From contig JBPQGU010000016.1 in assembly GCA_051362555.1 (NCBI GenBank), positions 2,976,001 to 3,040,000 of the forward strand: 64,000 nucleotides of DNA, given 5' to 3'. This DNA comes from Lingula anatina (Eukaryota > Animalia > Brachiopoda). The notes under the pieces are model-generated. The model was not told where the DNA came from and searched no databases. It was given only the letters and a program-made list of their open reading frames with translations. Shown piece after piece: positions 13,395-27,086 of the stretch. The position numbers and the translations under genes were made by a program. Within the stretch, counting starts at the first letter, position 1; the number at the start of each line of letters is the position of its first letter.

Positions 13395-13797
13395 TAATTT
13401 TTTAAATTTAATGTTTAAAGATAATTTTGGTTTAAAAATACATTTGTATATAATATAAAAATAATTAAATTAAAAACTCTTTTAAAATTATTAAAAATAT
13501 TAAGATTATATTATTTAAATATTAAATTATAAATTAAATTTAAACAACATTAAAATATTTTTTAAATATATTAATGAAATTAACAAAATATTAATTTGTT
13601 ATTCATTAAAGTAAAATTATGAGCTAAAGTATATTATTATAATTTTGATTTTTAAAAAGAATTATAAGAATATAGTAATATTATTTAATTTTTTAAGATT
13701 ATTTATAAATTTGTATCATAAAATGATATGAATTTATTACTAAATTAAAAGAATAACATTTTTTTCATATATTTTTAATAAAAATTTTAAAAAAGAC

Positions 13798-13832
13798 TTG
13801 AAAAAAAAAAAAAAAAAACATATTAATATAAT
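13798..13832 (+). promoter_or_regulatory. Promoter with A18 homopolymer between -35 (TTGAAA) and -10 (TATAAT)
   Basis: ttg-A18-catattaa-tataat ending 5 nt before ATG 13838. Confidence 0.45.
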
Positions 13833-13837
13833 GGAGT

Positions 13838-15274
13838 ATGAAAATTAAAAATTTTTTTGATTTAAAAAGAAATAAAAAAACTATAATTAGTTTGTTTTTT
13901 ATAATTGTGCCAATAATTTCTATAGTTATAGTTTTGATGATTGTATATTTACCACCATTAATTAATAGTAACAAAAACAAAAAAACTATAAAAATAAAAA
14001 AAGAAAATATTGATAACAAAGAAAATAAAAATTCTAATATTTCAAACAAAAAAGCAAAACAACCTGATAACTCAAGTCCAAAAGATACAACTCAAACTGA
14101 TATTTCAACAAATACAAATACAAATCAAGATGATATTTCAAGTTCAGCAACTACAACAACATTAGAAGAACCAAATGAAGTAAGTGATTTAGAACCAGTT
14201 GAAGAACCACATGAAGAACCAACTGAAGAACCAGTTGATAACACAAAATCTTCTGATACTTCAAGTTCAACAACCACAACTACAAATAAAGATGATAGTT
14301 CAAGTTCATCAACTACAACAACTGTGGAACCAACTGAAGAACATGATGTAGAACTAGTTGAAGAACTAACTGAAGAACAAAATGAAGAAACAACTGCAGA
14401 ACCAGTTGATAACACACAATCTTCTGATAGTTCAAGTTCAACAACCACAACTATAAATCAAGATGATAGTTCAAGTCATAGACAAGAACAAACACCAGAA
14501 ACATTTACAACATCAGATGGAACAATTATAACAATACCTAGTTGATTTAGTGATGATAGTTTTGCAGAAAGTCTTTTTCATACAAGCGGTTTATTAAATA
14601 ATGAAAAAAAAGAAATTGTACTAAATTGACTTTATGGTGATCTTAATACTGATGAAGATGATGGTTATTATGAAAAAAATAGAGAATTTATGTGATCTAA
14701 AGAATTTCAAAGAACCCGTCCTGGTACAAATTTAAAGACAAATGCAAATGTGGTTATATATTATCATTATATTTACAAAAAAATATGAATAGAATGACGT
14801 CCAAAAAGAGATGGTGGTATAAACAATATTTGATATGGGGATTGGTCTAATCATGTAAATACTAAATGAAAATTTGAAACAAATGCACCAAACCCAGAAA
14901 AATATGGTTATCCTGCATTAACAGAACCATATGATTTATCACCAAAATATACATTTGATGATGGTACAGAAATTATAATTCCTAGTTGATTTAGTGACAA
15001 TACTTTTGATGATAAATCACCAGATGAAATAGAAAGAATAGTAAAAAATTGACTTTATAATCATGAAAATAATGAAAAAAATAGAGAATTTATGTGATCT
15101 AAAGAATATTTTGATTGAAATGAGGAAACACCAATAAGAAACAATAAAAATGTTGCAAATAGGTACATATATAGAAAAATTAAAATATATTGATATGATT
15201 CAGAAAATATAGAAATTATGTATGGTGATTGAACTAATAATGTAGTATTAGAACCAGAAAAATATGGTTATTAA
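13838..15274 (+). CDS. Membrane-anchored surface protein with S/T/E/P-rich repeat stalk and duplicated C-terminal domain
   Basis: N-terminal TM; tandem ~165-bp stalk repeats; two copies of DGTxIxIPSWFSD...EKNREFMWSKE...PEKYGY. Confidence 0.8.
14129..14475 (+). repeat. Imperfect tandem repeat (two ~160-170 bp units) in the stalk
   Basis: gatgat..ttcaagttca...gaaccagttgataacac...caaccacaacta occurs twice, plus a partial third copy. Confidence 0.8.
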
Positions 15275-15491
15275 ATATAAAACATATATATACTAATTAA
15301 TTACATGTTATATAAAAAAATTAAAATTTAATTATTAAAATTTGTAATTTAATTAATAAAAAAATTATTAAATTTAATTTTTTAAAGATAATATTTTTTT
15401 AAAAATATATTTTTAGATAATAAAAATATCATTAAATTTGTAAAAAAAAAAAAAAAAACAACAAATAATTGTTGCTTTTATTTTAAATTTA

Positions 15492-15568
15492 TGGTTGTGG
15501 AGGCTGGAATCGAACCAGACGACCTTCAGGTTATGAGCCTGACGAGCTAACCACTGCTCTACCCCACA
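15492..15568 (-). tRNA. tRNA-Met (CAT), initiator-like
   Basis: TGTGGGG-TA-GAGC...GCTC-G-TCAGG-CTCATAA-CCTGA...CTCCACA-A-CCA; A11-U24 pair typical of initiator tRNA. Confidence 0.9.
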
Positions 15569-15608
15569 GTATTTATTAAGATTATAACTTATTTATAAAA
15601 AAAATAAA

Positions 15609-15685
15609 TGGTACGCCAGGCAGGACTCAAACCCACAACCTTCTGATCCGTAGTCAGATATTCTATTCAATTGAACTACTGGCGT
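15609..15685 (-). tRNA. tRNA-Arg (ACG)
   Basis: ACGCCAG...CTGGCGT-A-CCA; anticodon arm TCTGA-CTACGGA-TCAGA. Confidence 0.9.
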
Positions 15686-15795
15686 ATTTGATATTTATAT
15701 TATTATTTTATAACTATTAATGAATATAAACATAATAAAATATACAAATTTTAAAAAATATATAAAAATAATAGTATAAAATATATAAAAATATT

Positions 15796-16161
15796 ATGAT
15801 TAATAATTATGAAATTGTTTACATTGTAAGAGAAGATGTAAAAGATTTAAATTCTATTCAAAAAAAAGTTGAAGAATTAGTTGGTTGTAAAGTTAAAAAA
15901 CATGAACTTTGAGAAACAAGAGAACTTGCATATCCAATTAAAAAACAAACAAAAGGTCATTATATGATTTTACATGTAGAAACAGAAGGTAGAAATATTG
16001 TTGAATTTAATTTAAAAACAAAATTTATAAAAGAAATTTTAAGATATTTAGTTATTAATTTAAATGAAGAAAAAACATTTAAAATTCATAAAAGAACTAG
16101 ACCATTTTTTAATAAATTTAAAAAAGAAAATTCTGATTTTAAAAAAGAAAATATAGAATAA
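15796..16161 (+). CDS. rpsF: 30S ribosomal protein S6
   Basis: MINNYEIVYIV...WETRELAYPIKKQTKGHY...ILRYLVI. Confidence 0.92.
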
Positions 16162-16178
16162 CAAAAACATAAATTATT

Positions 16179-17102
16179 ATGTTTAATTTTAATCAAAAAA
16201 ATTCAATTTTTTTAAGTCTTAAAAGATTTGAAAAAATTACTAGTAATATTTCAAAAAAATTAAATAGTAATTATTTTGTTTTAAATAAAAAAATATTTGC
16301 AAATTCAGAAATACTTATTACTTGTAATACATCTTTAGAAAATAAAGATGTATTTTTGTTTCATTCAACAGATTTAAATGTTAATGAAAGTATAATGGAA
16401 TTATTTATTTCACTTGATAGTATAAAAAAACAAAATCCTAAAAGTATAAATTTAATTATTCCATTTTTAGCTTATACAAGACAAGATAGAATTTCAAAAT
16501 TTGGCGAACCAATTACATCACAAATGATTATAAAAATGATTGAATCATTTAATTTAAATAAAATTATTACTTTTGATTTACATTCAGATAAAGTAAAAAG
16601 TTATTTTTTAAAAGATAAATTAATTCATTTAAGTTTTACAAATATATTATTAGAAAAATTATTGAATAAAAATATTTTACATTTATCTTTAGTTGTACCT
16701 GATTTAGGAAGACAAAAACAAATAGAAAAAATATCTAAAAAATTAAATATTCCACTTATTCAAATTTTAAAAGAAAGACCAGAACATAATAAAACAATTA
16801 TTAAAAAAGTTATAGGTAATATTAAAGATAGAAATTTAATTTTAATTGATGATATGATTGATACTGGAAATACATTATTAAATTCAATTGATTTTTTAAA
16901 AAAATTAGGTGCAAATGATATTTACATTTTATCTACACATGGTATTTTTAGTAATAATGCAATCAAACATTTTGAAAAAAAATATAAAGATGGAAAAATT
17001 AAAAGTATATTAATTAGTAATACACTTTTACACAAAGAAACTTCATTTTTAGAAGTTGTTTCAATTGTAGATTGTATAGTTAATTATTTATTAAAAAAAT
17101 AA
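16179..17102 (+). CDS. prs: Ribose-phosphate pyrophosphokinase
   Basis: PFLAYTRQDR, FDLHS, LIDDMIDTGNT, THGIFS. Confidence 0.95.
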   Translation: MFNFNQKNSIFLSLKRFEKITSNISKKLNSNYFVLNKKIFANSEILITCNTSLENKDVFLFHSTDLNVNESIMELFISLDSIKKQNPKSINLIIPFLAYTRQDRISKFGEPITSQMIIKMIESFNLNKIITFDLHSDKVKSYFLKDKLIHLSFTNILLEKLLNKNILHLSLVVPDLGRQKQIEKISKKLNIPLIQILKERPEHNKTIIKKVIGNIKDRNLILIDDMIDTGNTLLNSIDFLKKLGANDIYILSTHGIFSNNAIKHFEKKYKDGKIKSILISNTLLHKETSFLEVVSIVDCIVNYLLKK

Positions 17103-17751
17103 TTTTTTTATTTTTATTATATAAATGACTTTTTTGTTTATATTTATTTTTGATATATTAATTAAATTAAATATTTATATAAAAAACTTAATATTTTTAT
17201 TAGATTTTTTTATATCATAATGTTTTATGTTATTATTTTTTAATATATTTAAGTATTTTGATTATAAAAATTAATTATTGTATCATTTTTATTCAATTTT
17301 AAATAATTATAAAATGTAATATAAATTTTAATTCCATCAATAATTTCTGTTTTATATGATGGATTTAATAATTTATTTTTTATTAAAATAATTTATTTTT
17401 TTTGTAATAAAAAAACACTTATAAAATTAAGTGTTTTTATTTGATTTTCTTTATTTTCACAATTATTATTTATTGTATATTTACTTATATTTTGAAATAT
17501 ATTGTTTTTATCTCAATCAAAATTAGTTTTTTTGAATTCTTTTTGTATAGTTTTATTTTTTAAAGTAATAAATAAAGATATAAGTTTACTTTTAATTATA
17601 TTAATAACATTATTTTTACTTATTTTATTTTTATTATTTTTTATAATTAATGGTATATCAATAATTAATATTAATATCAATAGTATTTATAAAGTAATAC
17701 CAAAAATATATTTTTTAATAATTTTAATGAAAAAATTTAAAATATATAAAT

Positions 17752-18357
17752 ATGAATAATAAAATTATTTTTTTAGGCTTAGGTAATTATGGAAGTATTT
17801 TTAAAAATAACAGACATAATGTTGGTGTTCAATTTATTGAAACATGAATGAAAGATTTAGAAATTGAATGAAATGAAAGACAATTTTATTTTTATTCTCA
17901 TAAAGAATTTAATGGAATGGAAGTTATTTTTATTAAAATTAAAGATTATATTAATTTAACTGGTATAAATTATAAAAAAGTTTTAAAGGATTTAAATGAA
18001 GATTTTTGATTAACATTAATATGCAGTGATAATATAGATTTACCATTTTCTAAAATAAAATTTTATGATCATTTACCCAAAAGTGGTCATAATGGTTTAA
18101 AAAATATTGATCAATTTTTTTCAAATTTTAATTTTACCAATTTACAAATTGGTGTTGGTAAAAAGAAACCAATAGAAAAATGAGTTCTTTCTACAATTAA
18201 AGAAGATGAATTAGAAATTTTAAAATATAAATTTAAAAATTTACAAAAATTTTTAAATAAAAATTTACCTTCAATAATAAGTAAAAAACAAATTAAATGA
18301 TCAAAAGAATTAAATTTAAAATGAGGTCAATATAAATCAGATAATAAAATTAATTAA
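17752..18357 (+). CDS. pth: Peptidyl-tRNA hydrolase
   Basis: LGLGNYG...NRHNVG, SGHNGLKNI, LQIGVG, WVLS. Confidence 0.9.
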
Positions 18358-18388
18358 TTTTATTGGATGATAAAATATTTTTGTTATT

Positions 18389-20143
18389 ATGAATTTTAAT
18401 ATTTATATAAATAAAATAAAAAAATTAAATAAAAAAAATAAAATAATTTTTTATTTTATATTAATTTTTGGTTTTATTTTATTAGGCTTAGGTATATTTT
18501 TAAGTGTTTATTTTTTAAAAATTAAAGAAGATGTAAAAAATAAAGATTTAGTAACTAAGCAAACACAAAAACAATATACAAACAGTAAAAATAAAAAAAC
18601 AACAGAAGGTTCATCAATTAAAATTAAACAAACAATAAATTCTAATTCTAATCCTTCTTCTGGAATAACACAACCTAATTTACCAACACCAACACCAACA
18701 TTAACTACACCAACTGATGGTTCATCAGGTACAAACACAGAACAAACAACAAAATCAAATGAAGGACCATTGGAATTGAGTTCAAAATCAATTGAAGAGA
18801 TAGACCAAATATTAAAAAATACAAAAAAATTTACACCAAATGAAGTATTTACATGATTAAAAGATTCAAACAAAAGAAAATTAATTTTTTCAAATGAAAC
18901 AGAAGTAATAAAAAAAACATATCTATATGATAATCATGCATATTTTTTAAAAAAAACATATCAATATGGAAATTTAAAATTAACTATTTATTCTTATTTA
19001 AATAGAATAGAAATTTCTGGTTGAGAAACTGATATCATTACTCCATTAGACAATCATGTTTTTACATATGAAGATATTAATATGAATTATTTTGAAGTTT
19101 ACAATAATGTACCACAAACAATAGAAATTGTAAAAGAATGATTAAAACAAAAACAAAATGAAGGATTCCTTGATTATACTAGATTGATAGGACATGATGT
19201 AGAATACTATCAAGATGGAAGAACTAAATATTATCATTTTCACAATTATACATCTAATTTAAGTATAAAATTGTATTTACAAGAAGATAAAATAGAAATT
19301 CTTTTAAAACCACAAAATGAAGATGTAAATTATTATGAATTTAAATATCAAGATATTGATTTAACATTTCCAATACAAACTACATCAACAATAAATTCTA
19401 ATTCTCATACTTCTTTTGAAATCACACAACCTGAGTCACCAACACCCACACCCACATTAACTATACCAAATGATGATTCATCAGGTACAAGCACTGAACA
19501 AACAATACCATCAAATGAAGGACCATTGGAATTGAGTTCAAAACCCATTGATGAGATAGATCAAATGTTAAAAAACACAAAAACATTTACACCAAATGAT
19601 GCATTTACATGATTAAAAGATTCAAGCAAAAGAGAAGCAATTTTTTCAAATGAAATTTTAACTAAAAAACAAAGATTTCCAGATAATGACCATGAATATT
19701 TCTACACAAAAACATATGAGTATGGAAATTTACAATTAACTATTTATTCTTATTTCAATAGAATAGAAATTTCTGGGTGAGAAACTGAAGGAACTATTTT
19801 TTGAAATAAATACTTTTTTAAATATGAAGATATTAATATGAATTATTTTGAAGTTTACAATAATGTACCAGAAACAATAGAAGTTGTAAATGGATGGTTA
19901 CAACAAAAATGAAATGATGGATTCTTGGATCATAAAAGATTGTTGCCAGAAGACATATATAAATCAGATAATGATTATTTTGAATATTTTCATTTTGAAA
20001 ATTATACATCTAATTTAAGTATAAAAGTATATTTACCAGAAGATAAAATATTAATTCGTTTAAAACCAAAAAATACACTTTCAGATTATTTTGAATTTAA
20101 ATATGAAGATATTGGATTAACATTTCCATGAAGTTTTCAATAA
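18389..20143 (+). CDS. Membrane-anchored surface protein (~584 aa) with ~250-aa internal duplication
   Basis: N-terminal TM; two copies of a PT linker followed by EGPLELSSK...YEFKYxDIxLTFP. Confidence 0.8.
18630..20128 (+). repeat. Tandem direct duplication of ~745 bp (18630-19372 and 19388-20128)
   Basis: Long near-identical blocks, e.g. aatgaaggaccattggaattgagttcaaaa and gaagatattaatatgaattattttgaagtttacaataatgtacca. Confidence 0.85.
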
Positions 20144-20242
20144 ATAATATAATGTTTATTGTAAATTTATTTAAATTTTTAAAAAATATATTCTAAATTA
20201 AAATTATAAAAATATTTAAATATATAATTAATATTGTTGATT

Positions 20243-21521
<1,279 letters not shown>

Positions 21522-21529
<8 letters not shown>

Positions 21530-22829
21530 AAGATACCAAGACAATTCAATTAAAAAAATTTGAGATAAAGATTATCAATTAGAAGTTTGAAAAAAAATAG
21601 AACTTTTACATCTTAAAGAATTAATTAATTTAGGATTTTTAACTAAAAAAGAATCAGAAGATCTTGATTTTTCAAAAATAAAAGTTAATAAAGAAAGTTT
21701 TATTAATTGAGAAAATAAAATAAAACATGAACTTGCATCATTTGTTGAAATGATTTCAGAACAATGTGGGAAAGCAAGTAGATGAGTTCATTATGGTTTA
21801 ACATCAAATGATATTTTAGATACAAGTCAAAACTATATGATTAGAGAATCATTAAAGATTTTGATTAAAGAAGTTGAAAAATTATTAAAACTTTTAAAAA
21901 TTAGATCATTAAAAGAAAAAGAAACAATTATGATTGGTCGTACACATGGAATGTGAGCAGAACCAGTTACAGTTGGTTTAAAATTTGCATGATGATACAA
22001 TGAATTGAATTTTCATTTAAAACAATTAAAAAAAGCATACAATATAATTAATTTTGTCAAAATTGGTGGTCCAACTGGAACACATACACATTTACCAACA
22101 ATATTAATTGAAAATGTTGCAAAAAAATTAGATATGAATATAAATTTTGTTGCAACACAAGTAGCATCAAGAGATAAGATGATTTTTGTTGTAAATTCAT
22201 TATCTAATCTTGTTACTACATTTGAAAAAATTTCTATTGAAATTAGGAATTTACATCGTTCTGAAATTTCAGAATTTAAAGAATCTTTTGCAAATGATCA
22301 AAAAGGTTCATCTGCAATGCCACATAAAAAAAATCCATATCTTTGTGAAAATATTTGTGGATTAGCTCGTTTATTTAGAGGTATTGGTTTTAGTATTTAT
22401 AGTACTAATTTACTATGACATGAACGTGATTTAACAAATTCTAGTTTAGAAAGAGTTTCAATTCCAGATTTGTTTCATTTAATTGTTACAATTTCAAAAA
22501 GAATGTTTAATATTATTGAAAATTTAACTGTTAATTATAAAAGAATTGAAGAAAACTTTTTAAAAGCATCACCATATATTTTAAGTCATAGATTACTTTT
22601 ATTTTTAATTAAAGAAACAAAAAATGAAAGACATATATGTTATAAATTAATGCAAAAAATTTATAAAGAATTTGGAAATGGTAGTTTAAAAGAATTTAAA
22701 TTATTTTTAAGAAAACAGGAATTTTTTAATAAATTAGAAGAAGAAAGATTTAATTTTTTATTTGATTTTAGATATTATATAAAAAATATTGATAAAATTT
22801 TTAAACAAATTTTTAAAAAACAAAAATAA
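21522..22829 (+). CDS. purB: Adenylosuccinate lyase
   Basis: HYGLTSND, GRTHG, GSSAMPHKKNP, WHERD. Confidence 0.97.
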
Positions 22830-22831
22830 TT

Positions 22832-23377
22832 ATGATTGTTGAAAAAAAATATTATTTAGGTAAAACTATTTTTTCTGAAAAAGAAATTTATAATGCAATT
22901 ACAAAATATGCAAATAAAATTAATAAAGAATATAAAGATAAAAAAATAACCATAATTATAATTTTAAATGGAGCAGTTTTTTTTGGTATTGAATTAATTA
23001 AAAAATTAAAAATAGATTTAGAAATGGATTTTTTAGGTATTTCTTCATATGTTGGAGATTGTAAAAAAGAAAAAATTAAATTTTATAAAGAATTAAAAAT
23101 AGATTTAAATAATAAAGACGTTTTAGTTATTGAAGATATAGTAGATTCTGGTAAAACATCACAATTAATTTATAATTTTATAAAAAAATTTAATGTAAAA
23201 TCAGTAAAAATTTGTTCATTAATTAGAATAATGAATAATTCAAAATATATAAATAATAAAGATTGAACACATTTATTAGAAATGGAAAATAATACTTGAA
23301 TAGTTGGTTTTGGTTTAGATTATGAAGAAGAATATCGACATTTAAAAGATATTAAAAAGTTAATTTTTAAAAAATAA
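22832..23377 (+). CDS. hpt: Hypoxanthine phosphoribosyltransferase
   Basis: VIEDIVDSGKT, ISSY, WIVGFGLDYEEEYRHL. Confidence 0.92.
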
Positions 23378-23403
23378 TTAAAAAATAATATAAAATTAAA
23401 TTA

Positions 23404-23492
23404 ATCCAAAGAAAGTAACGATTCAATAGAATTTAATAATGTTACCGAGGTGTTAGTATTTTTTCCAACATCTTGTGTTGGAATTTTTTTTA
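23404..23492 (+). promoter_or_regulatory. L10 (rplJ) leader RNA with terminator hairpin
   Basis: ccaaagaaagtaac...ttaataatgttaccgagg resembles the L10-leader pattern; followed by ttccaaca-tcttg-tgttggaa and a T-run just before rplJ. Confidence 0.7.
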
Positions 23493-23501
23493 AGGAAAGA
23501 T

Positions 23502-23996
23502 ATGAATAAAAATCAAAAAATAAAAGCATTAAAAGTTAAAGAATTAAAAGAAAGTTTTAAAAATTTACAAACAGTTGTTCTTTTTAAAAATAATTCTTTA
23601 AATGTTAGTACTATTCAAGAATTTAAAAAAGAAATTAGAGCAAATAATGCTGTGTTTAAAGTTTATAAGAATAGATTATTAAAAAGAGTTTTTGAAGATA
23701 CTAAATTAAATGATTTAAATAATTCTTTAATTGGTCCTTTAATGTTTATTTATTCAAATGATAGTTCATTAGATTTAATTAAAAAGATTTTTAAATTTAA
23801 AGTTAAAAATCAAGGAACAGAAGTTGTTGCTGGATTTTTTGATAAAAAAATATTAAATTCATCACAATTAGATGAATTATCAAAATTACCAAGTTATGAA
23901 GAATTATTACAACGTTTTGTTGGATTGATGAAAAGTCCACTTTCAAATTTGGTATTTACATTAAAAGAAATTATTAAAAATAAAGAGAAAGTTTAA
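23502..23996 (+). CDS. rplJ: 50S ribosomal protein L10
   Basis: FKVYKNRLLKR, LSKLPSYEELL. Confidence 0.93.
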   Translation: MNKNQKIKALKVKELKESFKNLQTVVLFKNNSLNVSTIQEFKKEIRANNAVFKVYKNRLLKRVFEDTKLNDLNNSLIGPLMFIYSNDSSLDLIKKIFKFKVKNQGTEVVAGFFDKKILNSSQLDELSKLPSYEELLQRFVGLMKSPLSNLVFTLKEIIKNKEKV

Positions 23997-24011
23997 CAAA
24001 AGGAGAAGAAT

Positions 24012-24473
24012 ATGTCAGATAACAAAGAAAAAGTATTAAAAACAGAAACAAAAAAAGAGAAAGTTAAAACTGAAACAAAAACAGAAGAAAAAAAAGAAAC
24101 AGTTGATACTGGTAAATTCAAACATTTAATTGATGAAATTGAAAAAATGAATTTAAAAGAATTAAATGATTTTGTTAAAGTAGTACAAGATTATTTTGAT
24201 GTTGTTCCTATGGCAATTGCATCAAATGGTTCATCAAATGGTAAAGAAGAAACAAAAGAAAATACAAAGGTAAGTGTATTTTTAACTGAAGCAGGACAAT
24301 CAAAAATTGCTGTTATTAAAGCAATTGGTTCATTAACTGGAAAAGGATTAATGGATTCTAAAAAAATGTTAGATAAATTACCAGCAACTATTGCAACAGA
24401 TAAAACTGAAGAAGAAGCTGAAGCAATTAAAAAACAATTGGTTGATGCAGGTGCTACAGTTGAAATTAAATAG
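24012..24473 (+). CDS. rplL: 50S ribosomal protein L7/L12 with ~35-aa K/E/T-rich N-terminal extension
   Basis: KIAVIKAI...GKGLMDSKK...EEAEAIKKQLVDAGATVEIK. Confidence 0.95.
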   Translation: MSDNKEKVLKTETKKEKVKTETKTEEKKETVDTGKFKHLIDEIEKMNLKELNDFVKVVQDYFDVVPMAIASNGSSNGKEETKENTKVSVFLTEAGQSKIAVIKAIGSLTGKGLMDSKKMLDKLPATIATDKTEEEAEAIKKQLVDAGATVEIK

Positions 24474-24484
24474 TTTAATAAATA

Positions 24485-24808
24485 ATGACAAGAAAAGAAA
24501 CAAAAATATTAGATTTTAAAAGTTATAAAGTAAATGTTGTTTGTATTACATGTAATAATAAATATGAAATTGTAACAACATTAAAAAAAGACTTTAAAAT
24601 TGATGTATGTTCTAAATGTCACCCTTTCTATTTAGGCACACAAAAATTTGAATCTAAAGCAGGAAGAATGGAAAGATTTAGAAAATTAGAGAAAAAATCT
24701 GCTGAATTAAAATCAAAAAATAAAAAAACTTCTCCAAAAGTTAAAAAGGTAGAAAATAAAGTTGAAACTAAAAAAGTAGTTTCTAAAAAAAAGGAAATTA
24801 AAAAATAA
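24485..24808 (+). CDS. rpmE: 50S ribosomal protein L31 (Zn-type) with Lys-rich tail
   Basis: CITC...DVCSKCHPFYLG...GRMERF. Confidence 0.93.
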   Translation: MTRKETKILDFKSYKVNVVCITCNNKYEIVTTLKKDFKIDVCSKCHPFYLGTQKFESKAGRMERFRKLEKKSAELKSKNKKTSPKVKKVENKVETKKVVSKKKEIKK

Positions 24809-25299
24809 TGTATAACAGTGTAACCTTATGCGGAAGAATAACAAGAGATGTTGTTTTAGAACATACAGAAACAGGTAAAGCGTATTTTAAAAATACAATT
24901 GCTGTAAGTAATATTTTTAATAAAAGTACTGATTTTATAAATATTATTTCTTGAAATGCAATTGCTATAAATATGTCAAAGTTTCTTAAAAAAGGTTCTT
25001 TAATTTTAGTTGAAGGAAGGTTACAAGTAGATTCTGTTGGTAATGAAAACGAACGTAGAACTTACTATACAGTTGTTTTAAATAGAGTTGTATTTTTAGA
25101 ATCTAAATCAAGTAGCACTTCAAAAGAAACATCAGAAATATTAAAAAAAGAGCAAGAAAAATCTTTAATTAATAAAGAAAACAAAGAAGATATAAACACA
25201 TCAAAAGAAGATGAAACATTTGAAAAAGACGAATCATTTAATGAAGATGATTCATTTGATGAAGATAATTCAGATGATGATGGAATAGAGTGAGAATAG
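24808..25299 (+). CDS. ssb: Single-stranded DNA-binding protein
   Basis: MYNSVTLCGRITRD...DFINIISW...KKGSLILVEGRLQ; acidic tail. Confidence 0.92.
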
Positions 25300-25308
25300 A
25301 AAAAAGTT

Positions 25309-25656
25309 ATGATTAAAAAAAGAGGTAAAACAAGATTTAGAAGAAAAAGTGTATGTTATTTTTCAAAAAATAAAATAAAACACATAGATTATAAAGATGT
25401 TGAATTATTAAAAAGATTTATTACAAAATCTTTTGAAATAACTCCTCGTTCAATGACTGGAACAAAAAATAAATATCAAAAATATTTATCAAAAGCAATC
25501 AAACGTGCTAGATTTTTAGGTTTGTTAAGATATCCTGGTCAAGAACCAAAAAATTTATTTAAAACAAAAATTGTTTCTAATAATTTAAAAACACAAGAAG
25601 AAACAGTTTTAAGTAATAAAGAAACAGAAAAACAATTTAAAAAAGAAGAAAAATAA
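25309..25656 (+). CDS. rpsR: 30S ribosomal protein S18 with C-terminal extension
   Basis: IDYKDVELLKRFI...TGT...AIKRARFLGLL. Confidence 0.95.
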   Translation: MIKKRGKTRFRRKSVCYFSKNKIKHIDYKDVELLKRFITKSFEITPRSMTGTKNKYQKYLSKAIKRARFLGLLRYPGQEPKNLFKTKIVSNNLKTQEETVLSNKETEKQFKKEEK

Positions 25657-25658
25657 TT

Positions 25659-27086
25659 ATGTTTTCTCGTGTAAGAACAAGGTATGCACCATCTCCAACT
25701 GGTTATTTACATTTAGGTGGTTTAAGAACAGCATTATATTGTTATTTATATTCACGTCATTTTAATGGTGATTTTATAGTCCGTTTTGAAGATACAGATC
25801 AAAAAAGAAATATTAAAGATGCAACTAAACAAATGTTGACTTCTTTAAGAAATTTAGAACTTGATATTGATGAAACAATTGATAAAATTGGTAAATATGG
25901 ACCATATAGACAAACAGAAAAATTAGATATTTATGTTAAAAAAGCAAAAGAATTAATAGAAAATAAAAAAGCTTATTATTGTTTTTGTACTAAAGAAGAA
26001 TTAGATATTGAAAGAAAACAACAATTAAAAAATGGTTATAAAGCACCACAATATTCAAGAAAATGTTTAAAATTATCTGAAACAGAAATTAAAAACAAAA
26101 TTCATTTAAACAAAGAATATACAATACGTTTTAAAGTAAAAGATAATTTTGAAGTTAAATTTAAAGATATGGTTTATGGAAATATGTCTTTTTTTACAAA
26201 ACATATTGAAGACTTTATAATTATTAAATCTAATGGAATTGCAACATTTAATTTTGCAGTTGTAATTGATGATCATGATATGTTAATATCACATGTAATA
26301 CGTGGTTCAGATCATCTTTCAAATACACCAAAACAAATTTTAATTTTTAATGCATTTAATTGAGATGTACCTGAATATGGACATTTAACATTAATTCAAA
26401 AATTAGGTTCAAAAAAGATGTCAAAGAGAAATTTTGATGAAAAACAATATCTTGATTATTATTTAAAATTAGGTTTTATTCCAAAAGCAATATGTAACTA
26501 TTTAGCACTTTTAGGATGATGTCCAGATTTAAGACAAGAAGTTTTTTCAATGGATGAATTAATTCAAAGATTTGATGGATCTAATTTAAATAAAGGAAAT
26601 TCAACATTTTCATTATTTAAATTAGAATGAATTAATAAAAAACAAATTCAAAAATTAAGTAGAAAAGAGTTTTGAAATTTTGCAAAAACATTTTTAAATG
26701 AATTTAAAGATAAACCTAAAATTAAAGATATAGTTTCTTTATGTGAAAAAGAAATTAGTTATTTTTCTGAAATTCCAAATTTATTAAAATCATTTTTTGT
26801 TGAAACAATTGAATATAGTAAAGAACAAAAAGAATTTTTAAAATATAATAAAGAAATTTTAATTTTATTTAAAGAAAATATAGAAAAAATTGAATTTAAT
26901 ATTGAAAATATACAATCAATTTTTATGAAAATAAAAGAAAAAACAGGACTTTCTAATAAAAAAATAATTTCACCAATAAGGGTTTTAATTACTGGTAAAA
27001 CAAAAGGCCCAAAATTAAAACATATAATTTTTTATTTAGGTAAAGAAAAGGTTTTAAAATTTATAGATAATGCAATTACACAATAA
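25659..27086 (+). CDS. gltX: Glutamyl-tRNA synthetase
   Basis: RYAPSPTGYLHLGG, HVIRGSDH, KMSKR. Confidence 0.96.

Noticed and set aside
14129-14475. Possible CRISPR-like repeats
   Set aside because: Imperfect in-frame coding repeats with no constant repeat/unique spacer structure; no cas genes in the window
17250-17759. Plus ORF 17502-17759 and an opposite-strand open stretch between prs and pth
   Set aside because: No motifs; the minus frame lacks a convincing start and has an upstream TAA; may be a decayed gene but cannot be supported
10505-18873. Minus-strand ORFs 10505, 13765, 14125 and 18508
   Set aside because: Antisense shadows of the surface-protein genes
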